The position numbers were made by a program, and so were the translations under genes. The notes beneath the pieces were generated by a model. That model was not told the origin of the DNA. It worked only from the letters and a program-made list of their open reading frames with translations, and searched no databases. Shown one piece after another: positions 1-13,000 of a stretch of 64,000 nucleotides of DNA; positions within the stretch are counted from its first letter, which is position 1; the number at the start of each line of letters is the position of its first letter. The stretch comes from Euglena gracilis. Its lineage: Eukaryota. The stretch lies in NCBI GenBank assembly GCA_039621445.1, contig CP154954.1, positions 8,124,634-8,188,633 on the forward strand, written 5' to 3'.

Positions 1-370
1 TCCGAAAACTGCTGCAGTGTGGGGGGAAAAAAGCATTTGGTAAAGGTCTGGCCTGCTCCTCTCAGTCTTCTCCATCCACTCACGCATATAACAATAGTAT
101 GGACCCAGCATGTCCACAACAGGCACCTTCTCAGTGTGGGTTTCAAATTCTTCAAAATCTGGATGTCCTCCATGTTTTTTTCCCACCCACCTCAGTGAAA
201 AAGCGCTTTCTGGTTCATTTGTATCAAAGTTAAATTGATTTGACCATTCTTACATAACGTGCCCCCCCCCCTATTTGTCCCTCCCCCCAATTGGCATGAG
301 CCCAATTGGCCAATGAGGGGGCGGCGGGGGTACTCGTTTCAAAGCCTTAGAACAAAAAATGTCTTTCCAG

Positions 371-403
371 TCGAGGCAGTGGCATTGTCAGCACAACCCA
401 CAG
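371..403 (+). CDS. Putative 33-bp upstream micro-exon of the RanBP2-type zinc-finger gene
   Basis: Flanked by tctttccag and gtatgag; reads (V)EAVALSAQPT(G) and ends in phase 1, matching the phase-1 start of the exon at 33811 (g|gg atg). Linkage is inferred from phase only. Confidence 0.4.
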
Positions 404-636
404 GTATGAGGTAAACAAAAACTGTAAGAACGGAAAGGGTGAAAAAAAATCACGAGTCCCGCGCAGAGTGTCCACGCGGGCTCAACGAAAAGAGGGGTAG
501 CTACATCCTGGGGGGGGGGGGGGGGTAGTAGGGGTCGACCATGGTCCACCCACGGTCGCCCTCGGTCGCCCTCGGTCGCCCTCGGTCGTGGGGGTCGACC
601 GAGGCCAGGCCGTATTCGGTCGTGGGGGTCGACCGA

Positions 637-1075
637 GGGCGACCATGGTCGACCCCCACCCCACGACGGGAACCCCCCCCTTTTCAGGGGCGACCATGGT
701 CGACCCCCACCCCACGACGGGAACCCCCCCCTTTTGAAGGGCGACCATGGTCGACCCCCACCCCACGACGGGAAACCCCACCCCCTTTTGAAGGGCGACC
801 ATGGTCGACCCCCACCCCATGACGGGAACCCCCCCCCCTTTCAGGGGCGACCATGGTCGACCCCCACCCCACGACGGGAAACCCCCCCCTTTTCAGGGGC
901 GACCATGGTCGACCCCCACCCCACGACGGGAAGACCCCCCTTTTGAAGGGCGACCACGGTCGACCCCCACCCCACGACGGGAAACCCCCCCCTTTTGAAG
1001 GGCGACCATGGTCGACCCCCACCCCACGACGGGAAACCCCCCCCTTTTGAAGGGCGACCAGTCGACCCCCACCCC
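637..1075 (+). repeat. Left-arm tandem subrepeat, ~52-bp unit, about 8 copies
   Basis: Unit gggcgaccatggtcgacccccaccccacgacgggaaacccccccctttt(g/c)a with palindromic core cgaccatggtcg. Confidence 0.95.
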
Positions 1076-1080
1076 AAGAC

Positions 1081-4000
1081 ATGCCCCCGAAAACGGGTGG
1101 GCAACAAAAGGGATTTGCCCCCCAAATGAGTTGGGCAACAAAAGGGATTTGCCCCCCAAAACGGGTGGGTAACACAGGGGTTTTTGTTATTTTGGGGCCC
1201 TGGAACAGTTGGGCAGCAAAAGGAATTTGCCCCCCAAAACGGGTGGGTAACACAAGGGATTTTGTTATTTTGGGGCCCTGGAACAGTTGGGCAACAAAAG
1301 GGATTTGCCCCCCAAAACGGGTGGGTAACACAAGGGATTTTGTTATTTTGGGGCCCTGGAACAGTTGGGCAGCAAAAGGGATTTGCCCCCCCAAAACGGG
1401 TGGGTAACACAAGGGATTTTGTTATTTTTGGGCCCTGGAACAGTTGGGCAACAAAAGGGATTTGCCCCCCAAAACGGGTGGGTAACACAAGGGATTTTGT
1501 TATTTTGGGGCCCTGGAACAGTTGGGCAACAAAAGGGATTTGCCCTCCAAATCAGTTGGGCAACAAAACGGATTTGCCCGCCAAAACGGGTGGGTAACAC
1601 AAGGGATTTTGTTATTTTGGGGCCCTCGAACAGTTGGGCAACAAAAGGGATTTGCCCCCCAAATCAGTTGGGCAACAAAAGGGATTTGCCCCCCAAATCA
1701 GTTGGGCAACAGAAGGGATTTTGTTATTTTGGGGCCCTCGAACAGTTGGGCAGCAAAAGGGATTTGCCCCCCAAAACGGGTGGGTAACACAAGGGATTTT
1801 GTTATTTTGGGGCCCTCGAACAATTGGGCAACAAAAGGGATTTGCCCCCCAAATCAATTGGGCAACAAAAGGGATTTGCCCCCCAAAACGGGTGGGTAAC
1901 ACAAGGGATTTTGTTATTTTGGGGTCCTCGAACAGTTGGGCAGCAAAAGGGATTTGCCCCCCAAAACGGGTGGGTAACACAAGGGATTTTGTTATTTTGG
2001 GGCCCTCGAACAGTTGGGCAGCAAAAGGGATTTGCCCCCCAAAACGGGTGGGTAACACAAGGGATTTTGTTATTTTGGGGCCCTCGAACAGTTGGGCAGC
2101 AAAAGGGATTTGCCCCCCAAAACGGGTGGGTAACACAAGGGATTTTGTTATTTTGGGGCCCTCGAACAATTGGGCAACAAAAGGGATTTGCCCCCCAAAT
2201 CAATTGGGCAACAAAAGGGATTTGCCCCCCAAAACGGGTGGGTAACACAAGGGATTTTGTTATTTTGGGGCCCTCGAACAGTTGGGCAGCAAAAGGGATT
2301 TGCCCCCCAAAACGGGTGGGTAACACAAGGGATTTTGTTATTTTGGGGCCCTCGAACAGTTGGGCAGCAAAAGGGATTTGCCCCCCAAAACGGGTGGGTA
2401 ACACAAGGGATTTTGTTATTTTGGGGCCCTCGAACAGTTGGGCAACACATAGGATATGCCCCCCAAAACGGGTGGGGTACCACAGGGATTTTTTTATTTG
2501 GGGCCCCTGGAACAGTTGGGCAGCAAAAGGGATTTGCCCCCCAAAACGGGTGGGTAACACAAGGGATTTTGTTATTTTGGGGCCCTGGAACAGTTGGGCA
2601 GCAAAAGGGATTTGCCCCCCAAAACGGGTGGGCAACACAAGGGATTTTGTTATTTTTGGGGCCCTGGAACAGTTGGGCAACAAAAGGGATTTGCCCCCCA
2701 AAACGGGTGGGTAACACAAGGGATTTTGTTATTTTGGGGCCCTCGCACAGTTGGGCAACAAAAGGGATTTGCCCTCCAAATCAGTTGGGCAACAAAAGGG
2801 ATTTGCCCGCCAAAACGGGTGGGTAACACAAGGGATTTTGTTATTTTGGGGCCCTCGAACAGTTGGGCAACAAAAGGGATTTGCCCCCCAAATCAATTGG
2901 GCAACAAAAGGGATTTGCCCCCCAAATCAGTTGGGCAACAGAAGGGATTTTGTTATTTTGGGGCCCTCGAACAGTTGGGCAGCAAAAGGGATTTGCCCCC
3001 CAAAACGGGTGGGTAACACAAGGGATTTTGTTATTTTGGGGCCCTCGAACAATTGGGCAACAAAAGGGATTTGCCCCCCAAATCAATTGGGCAACAAAAG
3101 GGATTTGCCAACCAAAACGGGGGGGTAAAAGAAGGGATTTGGTTATTTTGGGGCCCTCGAACAGTTCGGCAGCAAAAGGGATTTGCCCCCCAAAACGGGT
3201 GGGTAACACAAGGGATTTTGTTATTTTGGGGCCCTCGAACAGTTGGGCAGCAAAAGGGATTTGCCCCCCAAAACGGGTGGGTAACACAAGGGATTTTGTT
3301 ATTTTGGGGCCCTCGAACAGTTGGGCAACAAAAGGGATTTGCCCCCCAAATCAGTTGGGCAACAAAAGGGATTTGCGTGGGTAACACAAGGGATTTTGTT
3401 ATTTTGGGGCCCTGGAACAGTTGGGCAGCAAAAGGGATTTGCCCCCCAAAACGGGTGGGTAACACAAGGGATTTTGTTATTTTGGGGCCCTCGAACAGTT
3501 GGGCAACAAAAGGGATTTGCCCCCCAAATCAGTTGGGCAACAAAAGGGATTTGCCCGCCAAAACGGGTGGGTAACACAAGGGATTTTGTTATTTTGGGGC
3601 CCTCGAACAGTTGGGCAACAAAAGCGATTTGCCCCCCAAATCAGTTGGGCAACAAAAGGGATTTGCCCCCCAAATCAGTTGGGCAACAGAAGGGATTCTA
3701 TTAATATGGCGCCCTCGAACAGTTGGGCAGCAAAAGGGATTTGCCCCCCAAAACGGGTGGGTAACACAAGGGATTTTGTTATTTTGGGGCCCTCGAACAA
3801 TTGGGCAACAAAAGGGATTTGCCCCCCAAATCAATTGGGCAACAAAAGGGATTTGCCCCCCAAAACGGGTGGGTAACACAAGGGATTTTGTTATTTTGGG
3901 GCCCTCGAACAGTTCGGCAGCAAAAGGGATTTGCCCCCCAAAACGGGTGGGTAACACAAGGGATTTTGTTATTTTGGGGCCCTCGAACAGTTGGGCAGCA

Positions 4001-7000
4001 AAAGGGATTTGCCCCCCAAAACGGGTGGGTAACACAAGGGATTTTGTTATTTTGGGGCCCTCGAACAGTTGGGCAACAAAAGGGATTTGCCCCCCAAAAC
4101 GGGTGGGCAACACAAGGGATTTTGTTATTTTGGGGCCCTGGAACAGTTGGGCAGCAAAAGGGATTTGCCCCCCAAAACGGGTGGGTAACACAAGGGATTT
4201 TGTTATTTTGGGGCCCTGGAACAGTTGGGCAACAAAAGGGATTTGCCCCCCAAAACGGGTGGGTAACACAAGGGATTTTGTTATTTTGGGGCCCTCGCAC
4301 AGTTGGGCAACAAAAGGGATTTGCCCTCCAAATCAGTTGGGCAACAAAAGGGATTTGCCCGCCAAAACGGGTGGGTAACACAAGGGATTTTGTTATTTTG
4401 GGGCCCTCGAACAGTTGGGCAGCAAAAGGGATTTGCCCCCCAAATCAATTGGGCAACAAAAGGGATTTGCCCCCCAAATCAGTTGGGCAACAGAAGGGAT
4501 TTTGTTATTTTGGGGCCCTCGAACAGTTGGGCAGCAAAAGGGATTTGCCCCCCAAAACGGGTGGGTAACACAAGGGATTTTGTTATTTTGGGGCCCTCGA
4601 ACAATTGGGCAACAAAAGGGATTTGCCCCCCAAATCAATTGGGCAACAAAAGGGATTTGCCCCCCCAAAACGGGTGGGTAACACAAGGGATTTTGTTATT
4701 TTGGGGCCCTCGAACAGTTCGGCAGCAAAAGGGATTTGCCCCCCAAAACGGGTGGGTAACACAAGGGATTTTGTTATTTCGGGGCCCTCGAACAGTTCGG
4801 CAGCAAAAGGGATTTGCCCCCCAAAACGGGTGGGTAACACAAGGGATTTTGTTATTTTGGGGCCCTCGAACAGTTGGGCAGCAAAAGGGATTTGCCCCCC
4901 AAAACGGGTGGGTAACACAAGGGATTTTGTTATTTTGGGGCCCTCGAACAGTTGGGCAGCAAAAGGGATTTGCCCCCCAAATCAGTTGGGCAACAAAAGG
5001 GATTTGCGTGGGTAACACAAGGGATTTTGTTATTTTGGGGCCCTCGAACAGTTGGGCAGCAAAAGGGATTTGCCCCCCAAAACGGGTGGGTAACACAAGG
5101 GATTTTGTTATTTTGGGGCCCTCGCACAGTTGGGCAACAAAAGGGATTTGCCCTCCAAATCAGTTGGGCAACAAAACGGATTTGCCCGCCAAAACGGGTG
5201 GGTAACACAAGGGATTTTGTTATTTTGGGGCCCTCGAACAGTTGGGCAACAAAAGGGATTTGCCCCCCAAATCAGTTGGGCAACAAAAGGGATTTGCCCC
5301 CCAAATCAGTTGGGCAACAGAAGGGATTTTGTTATTTTGGGGCCCTCGAACAGTTGGGCAGCAAAAGGGATTTGCCCCCCAAAACGGGTGGGTAACACAA
5401 GGGATTTTGTTATTTTGGGGCCCTCGAACAATTGGGCAACAAAAGGGATTTGCCCCCCAAATCAATTGGGCAACAAAAGGGATTTGCCCCCCAAAACGGG
5501 TGGGTAACACAAGGGATTTTGTTATTTTGGGGCCCTCGAACAGTTGGGCAGCAAAAGGGATTTGCCCCCCAAAACGGGTGGGTAACACAAGGGATTTTGT
5601 TATTTTGGGGCCCTCGAACAGTTGGGCAGCAAAAGGGATTTGCCCCCCAAAACGGGTGGGTAACACAAGGGATTTTGTTATTTTGGGGCCCTCGAACAGT
5701 TGGGCAACAAAAGGGATTTGCCCCCCAAAACGGGTGGGTAACACAAGGGATTTTGTTATTTTGGGGCCCTGGAACAGTTGGGCAGCAAAAGGGATTTGCC
5801 CCCCAAAACGGGTGGGTAACACAAGGGATTTTGTTATTTTGGGGCCCTGGAACAGTTGGGCAGCAAAAGGGATTTGCCCCCCAAAACGGGTGGGCAACAC
5901 AAGGGATTTTGTTATTTTTGGGCCCTGGAACAGTTGGGCAACAAAAGGGATTTGCCCCCCAAAACGGGTGGGTAACACAAGGGATTTTGTTATTTTGGGG
6001 CCCTCGCACAGTTGGGCAACAAAAGGGATTTGCCCTCCAAATCAGTTGGGCAACAAAAGGGATTTGCCCGCCAAAACGGGTGGGTAACACAAGGGATTTT
6101 GTTATTTTGGGGCCCTCGAACAGTTGGGCAACAAAAGGGATTTGCCCCCCAAATCAATTGGGCAACAAAAGGGATTTGCCCCCCAAATCAGTTGGGCAAC
6201 AGAAGGGATTTTGTTATTTTGGGGCCCTCGAACAGTTGGGCAGCAAAAGGGATTTGCCCCCCAAAACGGGTGGGTAACACAAGGGATTTTGTTATTTTGG
6301 GGCCCTCGAACAATTGGGCAACAAAAGGGATTTGCCCCCCAAATCAATTGGGCAACAAAAGGGATTTGCCCCCCAAAACGGGTGGGTAACACAAGGGATT
6401 TTGTTATTTTGGGGCCCTCGAACAGTTCGGCAGCAAAAGGGATTTGCCCCCCAAAACGGGTGGGTAACACAAGGGATTTTGTTATTTTGGGGCCCTCGAA
6501 CAGTTGGGCAGCAAAAGGGATTTGCCCCCCCAAAACGGGTGGGTAACACAAGGGATTTTGTTATTTTGGGGCCCTCGAACAGTTGGGCAACAAAAGGGAT
6601 TTGCCCCCCAAATCAGTTGGGCAACAAAAGGGATTTGCGTGGGTAACACAAGGGATTTTGTTATTTTGGGGCCCTGGAACAGTTGGGCAACAAAAGGGAT
6701 TTGCCCCCCAAATCAGTTGGGCAACAAAAGGGATTTGCCCCCCAAATCAGTTGGGCAACAGAAGGGATTTTGTTATTTTGGGGCCCTCGAACAGTTGGGC
6801 AGCAAAAGGGATTTGCCCGCCAAAACGGGTGGGTAACACAAGGGATTTTGTTATTTTGGGGCCCTCGAACAATTGGGCAACAAAAGGGATTTGCCCCCCA
6901 AATCAATTGGGCAACAAAAGGGATTTGCCCCCCAAAACGGGTGGGTAACACAAGGGATTTTGTTATTTTGGGGCCCTCGAACAGTTGGGCAGCAAAAGGG

Positions 7001-10000
7001 ATTTGCCCCCCAAAACGGGTGGGTAACACAAGGGATTTTGTTATTTTGGGGCCCTCGAACAGTTGGGCAGCAAAAGGGATTTGCCCCCCAAAACGGGTGG
7101 GTAACACAAGGGATTTTGTTATTTTGGGGCCCTCGAACAGTTGGGCAACAAAAGGGATTTGCCCCCCAAATCAGTTGGGCAACAAAAGGGATTTGCGTGG
7201 GTAACACAAGGGATTTTGTTATTTTGGGGCCCTCGAACAGTTGGGCAGCAAAAGGGATTTGCCCCCCAAAACGGGTGGGTAACACAAGGGATTTTGTTAT
7301 TTTGGGGCCCTCGAACAGTTGGGCAACAAAAGGGATTTGCCCCCCAAATCAGTTGGGCAACAAAAGGGATTTGCCCCCCAAAACGGGTGGGTAACACAAG
7401 GGATTTTGTTATTTTGGGGCCCTCGAACAATTGGGCAACAAAAGGGATTTGCCCCCCAAATCAATTGGGCAACAAAAGGGATTTGCCCCCCAAAACGGGT
7501 GGGTAACACAAGGGATTTTGTTATTTTGGGGCCCTCGAACAGTTCGGCAGCAAAAGGGATTTGCCCCCCAAAACGGGTGGGTAACACAAGGGATTTTGTT
7601 ATTTTGGGGCCCTCGAACAGTTGGGCAGCAAAAGGGATTTGCCCCCCAAAACGGGTGGGTAACACAAGGGATTTTGTTATTTTGGGGCCCTCGAACAGTT
7701 GGGCAACAAAAGGGATTTGCCCCCAAATCAGTTGGGCAACAAAAGGGATTTGCCCCCCAAATCAGTTGGGCAACAGAAGGGATTTTGTTATTTTGGGGCC
7801 CTCGAACAGTTGGGCAGCAAAAGGGATTTGCCCCCCAAAACGGGTGGGTAACACAAGGGATTTTGTTATTTTGGGGCCCTCGAACAATTGGGCAACAAAA
7901 GGGATTTGCCCCCCAAATCAATTGGGCAACAAAAGGGATTTGCCCCCCAAAACGGGTGGGTAACACAAGGGATTTTGTTATTTTGGGGCCCTCGAACAGT
8001 TCGGCAGCAAAAGGGATTTGCCCCCCAAAACGGGTGGGTAACACAAGGGATTTTGTTATTTTGGGGCCCTCGAACAGTTGGGCAGCAAAAGGGATTTGCC
8101 CCCCCAAAACGGGTGGGTAACACAAGGGATTTTGTTATTTTGGGGCCCTCGAACAGTTGGGCAACAAAAGGGATTTGCCCCCCAAAACGGGTGGGCAACA
8201 CAAGGGATTTTGTTATTTTGGGGCCCTGGAACAGTTCGGCAGCAAAAGGGATTTGCCCCCCAAAACGGGTGGGTAACACAAGGGATTTTGTTATTTTTGG
8301 GCCCTGGAACAGTTGGGCAACAAAAGGGATTTGCCCCCCAAAACGGGTGGGCAACACAAGGGATTTTGTTATTTTGGGGCCCTGGAACAGTTGGGCAACA
8401 AAAGGGATTTGCCCCCCAAAACGGGTGGGTAACACAAGGGATTTTGTTATTTTGGGGCCCTCGCACAGTTGGGCAACAAAAGGGATTTGCCCTCCAAATC
8501 AGTTGGGCAACAAAAGGGATTTGCCCCCCAAAACGGGTGGGTAACACAAGGGATTTTGTTATTTTGGGGCCCTCGAACAGTTGGGCAACAAAAGGGATTT
8601 GCCCCCCAAATCAATTGGGCAACAAAAGGGATTTGCCCCCCAAATCAGTTGGGCAACAGAAGGGATTTTGTTATTTTGGGGCCCTCGAACAGTTGGGCAG
8701 CAAAAGGGATTTGCCCCCCAAAACGGGTGGGTAACACAAGGGATTTTGTTATTTTGGGGCCCTCGAACAGTTGGGCAACAAAAGGGATTTGCCCCCCAAA
8801 TCAATTGGGCAACAAAAGGGATTTGCCCCCCAAAACGGGTGGGTAACACAAGGGATTTTGTTATTTTGGGGCCCTCGAACAGTTCGGCAGCAAAAGGGAT
8901 TTGCCCCCCAAAACGGGTGGGTAACACAAGGGATTTTGTTATTTTGGGGCCCTCGAACAGTTGGGCAGCAAAAGGGATTTGCCCCCCAAAACGGGTGGGT
9001 AACACAAGGGATTTTGTTATTTTGGGGCCCTCGAACAGTTGGGCAACAAAAGGGATTTGCCCCCCAAATCAGTTGGGCAACAAAAGGGATTTGCGTGGGT
9101 AACACAAGGGATTTTGTTATTTTGGGGCCCTGGAACAGTTGGGCAACAAAAGGGATTTGCCCCCCAAATCAGTTGGGCAACAAAAGGGATTTGCCCCCCA
9201 AATCAGTTGGGCAACAGAAGGGATTTTGTTATTTTGGGGCCCTCGAACAGTTGGGCAGCAAAAGGGATTTGCCCGCCAAAACGGGTGGGTAACACAAGGG
9301 ATTTTGTTATTTTGGGGCCCTCGAACAATTGGGCAACAAAAGGGATTTGCCCCCCAAATCAATTGGGCAACAAAAGGGATTTGCCCCCCAAAACGGGTGG
9401 GTAACACAAGGGATTTTGTTATTTTGGGGCCCTCGAACAGTTCGGCAGCAAAAGGGATTTGCCCCCCAAAACGGGTGGGTAACACAAGGGATTTTGTTAT
9501 TTTGGGGCCCTCGAACAGTTGGGCAGCAAAAGGGATTTGCCCCCCCAAAACGGGTGGGTAACACAAGGGATTTTGTTATTTTGGGGCCCTCGAACAGTTG
9601 GGCAACAAAAGGGATTTGCCCCCCAAATCAGTTGGGCAACAAAAGGGATTTGCGTGGGTAACACAAGGGATTTTGTTATTTTGGGGCCCTCGAACAGTTG
9701 GTCAACAAAAGGAATTGCCCCCCAAAACGGGTGGGTAACACAAGGGATTTTGTTATTTTGGGGCCCTCGAACAGTTGGGCAACAAAAGGGATTTGCCCCC
9801 CAAATCAGTTGGGCAACAAAAGGGATTTGCCCCCCAAAACGGGTGGGTAACACAAGGGATTTTGTTATTTTGGGGCCCTCGAACAGTTGGGCAACAAAAG
9901 CGATTTGCCCCCCAAATCAGTTGGGCAACAAAAGGGATTTGCCCCCCAAATCAGTTGGGCAACAGAAGGGATTTTGTTATTTTGGGGCCCTCGAACAGTT

Positions 10001-13000
10001 GGGCAGCAAAAGGGATTTGCCCCCCAAAACGGGTGGGTAACACAAGGGATTTTGTTATTTTGGGGCCCTCGAACAATTGGGCAACAAAAGGGATTTGCCC
10101 CCCAAATCAATTGGGCAACAAAAGGGATTTGCCCCCCAAAACGGGTGGGTAACACAAGGGATTTTGTTATTTTGGGGCCCTCGAACAGTTCGGCAGCAAA
10201 AGGGATTTGCCCCCCAAAACGGGTGGGTAACACAAGGGATTTTGTTATTTTGGGGCCCTCGAACAGTTGGGCAGCAAAAGGGATTTGCCCCCCAAAACGG
10301 GTGGGTAACACAAGGGATTTTGTTATTTTGGGGCCCTCGAACAGTTGGGCAACAAAAGGGATTTGCCCCCCAAAACGGGTGGGCAACACAAGGGATTTTG
10401 TTATTTTGGGGCCCTGGAACAGTTCGGCAGCAAAAGGGATTTGCCCCCCAAAACGGGTGGGTAACACAAGGGATTTTGTTATTTTTGGGCCCTGGAACAG
10501 TTGGGCAACAAAAGGGATTTGCCCCCCAAAACGGGTGGGTAACACAAGGGATTTTGTTATTTTGGGGCCCTCGAACAGTTGGGCAACAAAAGGGATTTGC
10601 CCTCCAAATCAGTTGGGCAACAAAAGGGATTTGCCCCCCAAAACGGGTGGGTAACACAAGGGATTTTTTTATTTTGGGGCCCTCGAACAGTTGGGCAACA
10701 AAAGGGATTTGCCCCCCAAATCAATTGGGCAACAAAAGGGATTTGCCCCCCAAATCAGTTGGGCAACAGAAGGGATTTTGTTATTTTGGGGCCCTCGAAC
10801 AGTTGGGCAGCAAAAGGGATTTGCCCCCCAAAACGGGTGGGTAACACAAGGGATTTTGTTATTTTGGGGCCCTCGAACAATTGGGCAACAAAAGGGATTT
10901 GCCCCCCAAATCAATTGGGCAACAAAAGGGATTTGCCCCCCAAAACGGGTGGGTAACACAAGGGATTTTGTTATTTTGGGGCCCTCGAACAGTTCGGCAG
11001 CAAAAGGGATTTGCCCCCCAAAACGGGTGGGTAACACAAGGGATTTTGTTATTTTGGGGCCCTCGAACAGTTGGGCAGCAAAAGGGATTTGCCCCCCAAA
11101 ACGGGTGGGTAACACAAGGGATTTTGTTATTTTGGGGCCCTCGAACAGTTGGGCAACAAAAGGGATTTGCCCCCCAAATCAGTTGGGCAACAAAAGGGAT
11201 TTGCGTGGGTAACACAAGGGATTTTGTTATTTTGGGGCCCTGGAACAGTTGGGCAACAAAAGGGATTTGCCCCCCAAATCAGTTGGGCAACAAAAGGGAT
11301 TTGCGTGGGTAACACAAGGGATTTTGTTATTTTGGGGCCCTCGAACAGTTGGGCAACAAAAGGGATTTGCCCCCCAAAACGGGTGGGTAACACAAGGGAT
11401 TTTGTTATTTTGGGGCCCTCGAACAGTTGGGCAACAAAAGGGATTTGCCCCCCAAATCAGTTGGGCAACAAAACGGATTTGCCCGCCAAAACGGGTGGGT
11501 GACACAAGGGATTTTGTTATTTTGGGGCCCTCGAACAGTTGGGCAACAAAAGGGATTTGCCCCCCAAATCAGTTGGGCAACAAAAGGGATTTGCCCCCCA
11601 AATCAGTTGGGCAACAGAAGGGATTTTGTTATTTTGGGGCCCTCGAACAGTTGGGCAGCAAAAGGGATTTGCCCCCCAAAACGGGTGGGTAACACAAGGG
11701 ATTTTGTTATTTTGGGGCCCTCGAACAATTGGGCAACAAAAGGGATTTGCCCCCCAAATCAATTGGGCAACAAAAGGGATTTGCCCCCCAAAACGGGTGG
11801 GTAACACAAGGGATTTTGTTATTTTGGGGCCCTCGAACAGTTCGGCAGCAAAAGGGATTTGCCCCCCAAAACGGGTGGGTAACACAAGGGATTTTGTTAT
11901 TTTGGGGCCCTCGAACAGTTGGGCAGCAAAAGGGATTTGCCCCCCCAAAACGGGTGGGTAACACAAGGGATTTTGTTATTTTGGGGCCCTCGAACAGTTG
12001 GGCAACAAAAGGGATTTGCCCCCCAAAACGGGTGGGTAACACAAGGGATTTTGTTATTTTGGGGCCCTGGAACAGTTGGGCAGCAAAAGGGATTTGCCCC
12101 CCAAAACGGGTAGGTAACACAAGGGATTTTGTTATTTTTGGGCCCTGGAACAGTTGGGCAACAAAAGGGATTTGCCCCCGCCAAAACGGGTGGGTAACAC
12201 AAGGGATTTTGTTATTTTGGGGCCCTCGCACAGTTGGGCAACAAAAGGGATTTGCCCCCCAAATCAATTGGGCAACAAAAGGGATTTGCCCCCCAAATCA
12301 GTTGGGCAACAGAAGGGATTTTGTTATTTTGGGGCCCTCGAACAGTTGGGCAGCAAAAGGGATTTGCCCCCCAAAACGGGTGGGTAACACAAGGGATTTT
12401 GTTATTTTGGGGCCCTCGAACAATTGGGCAACAAAAGGGATTTGCCCCCCAAATCAATTGGGCAACAAAAGGGATTTGCCCCCCAAAACGGGTGGGTAAC
12501 ACAAGGGATTTTGTTATTTTGGGGCCCTCGAACAGTTCGGCAGCAAAAGGGATTTGCCCCCCAAAACGGGTGGGTAACACAAGGGATTTTGTTATTTTGG
12601 GGCCCTCGAACAGTTGGGCAGCAAAAGGGATTTGCCCCCCCAAAACGGGTGGGTAACACAAGGGATTTTGTTATTTTGGGGCCCTCGAACAGTTGGGCAA
12701 CAAAAGGGATTTGCCCCCCAAATCAGTTGGGCAACAAAAGGGATTTGCGTGGGTAACACAAGGGATTTTGTTATTTTGGGGCCCTGGAACAGTTGGGCAG
12801 CAAAAGGGATTTGCCCCCCAAAACGGGTGGGTAACACAAGGGATTTTGTTATTTTGGGGCCCTCGAACAGTTGGGCAACAAAAGGGATTTGCCCCCCAAA
12901 TCAGTTGGGCAACAAAAGGGATTTGCCCGCCAAAACGGGTGGGTAACACAAGGGATTTTGTTATTTTGGGGCCCTCGAACAGTTGGGCAACAAAAGGGAT

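Noticed and set aside
499-508. TSD for the large foldback element (ctacatcc versus ccagatcc)
   Set aside because: The match overlaps the left terminus asymmetrically and has two mismatches.
2445-3715. Locally hyper-divergent satellite units (about 2448-2510, 3110-3145, 3695-3712; also 14175-14200)
   Set aside because: Tight clusters of substitutions in single units look like uncorrected read or consensus errors; raw reads are needed.
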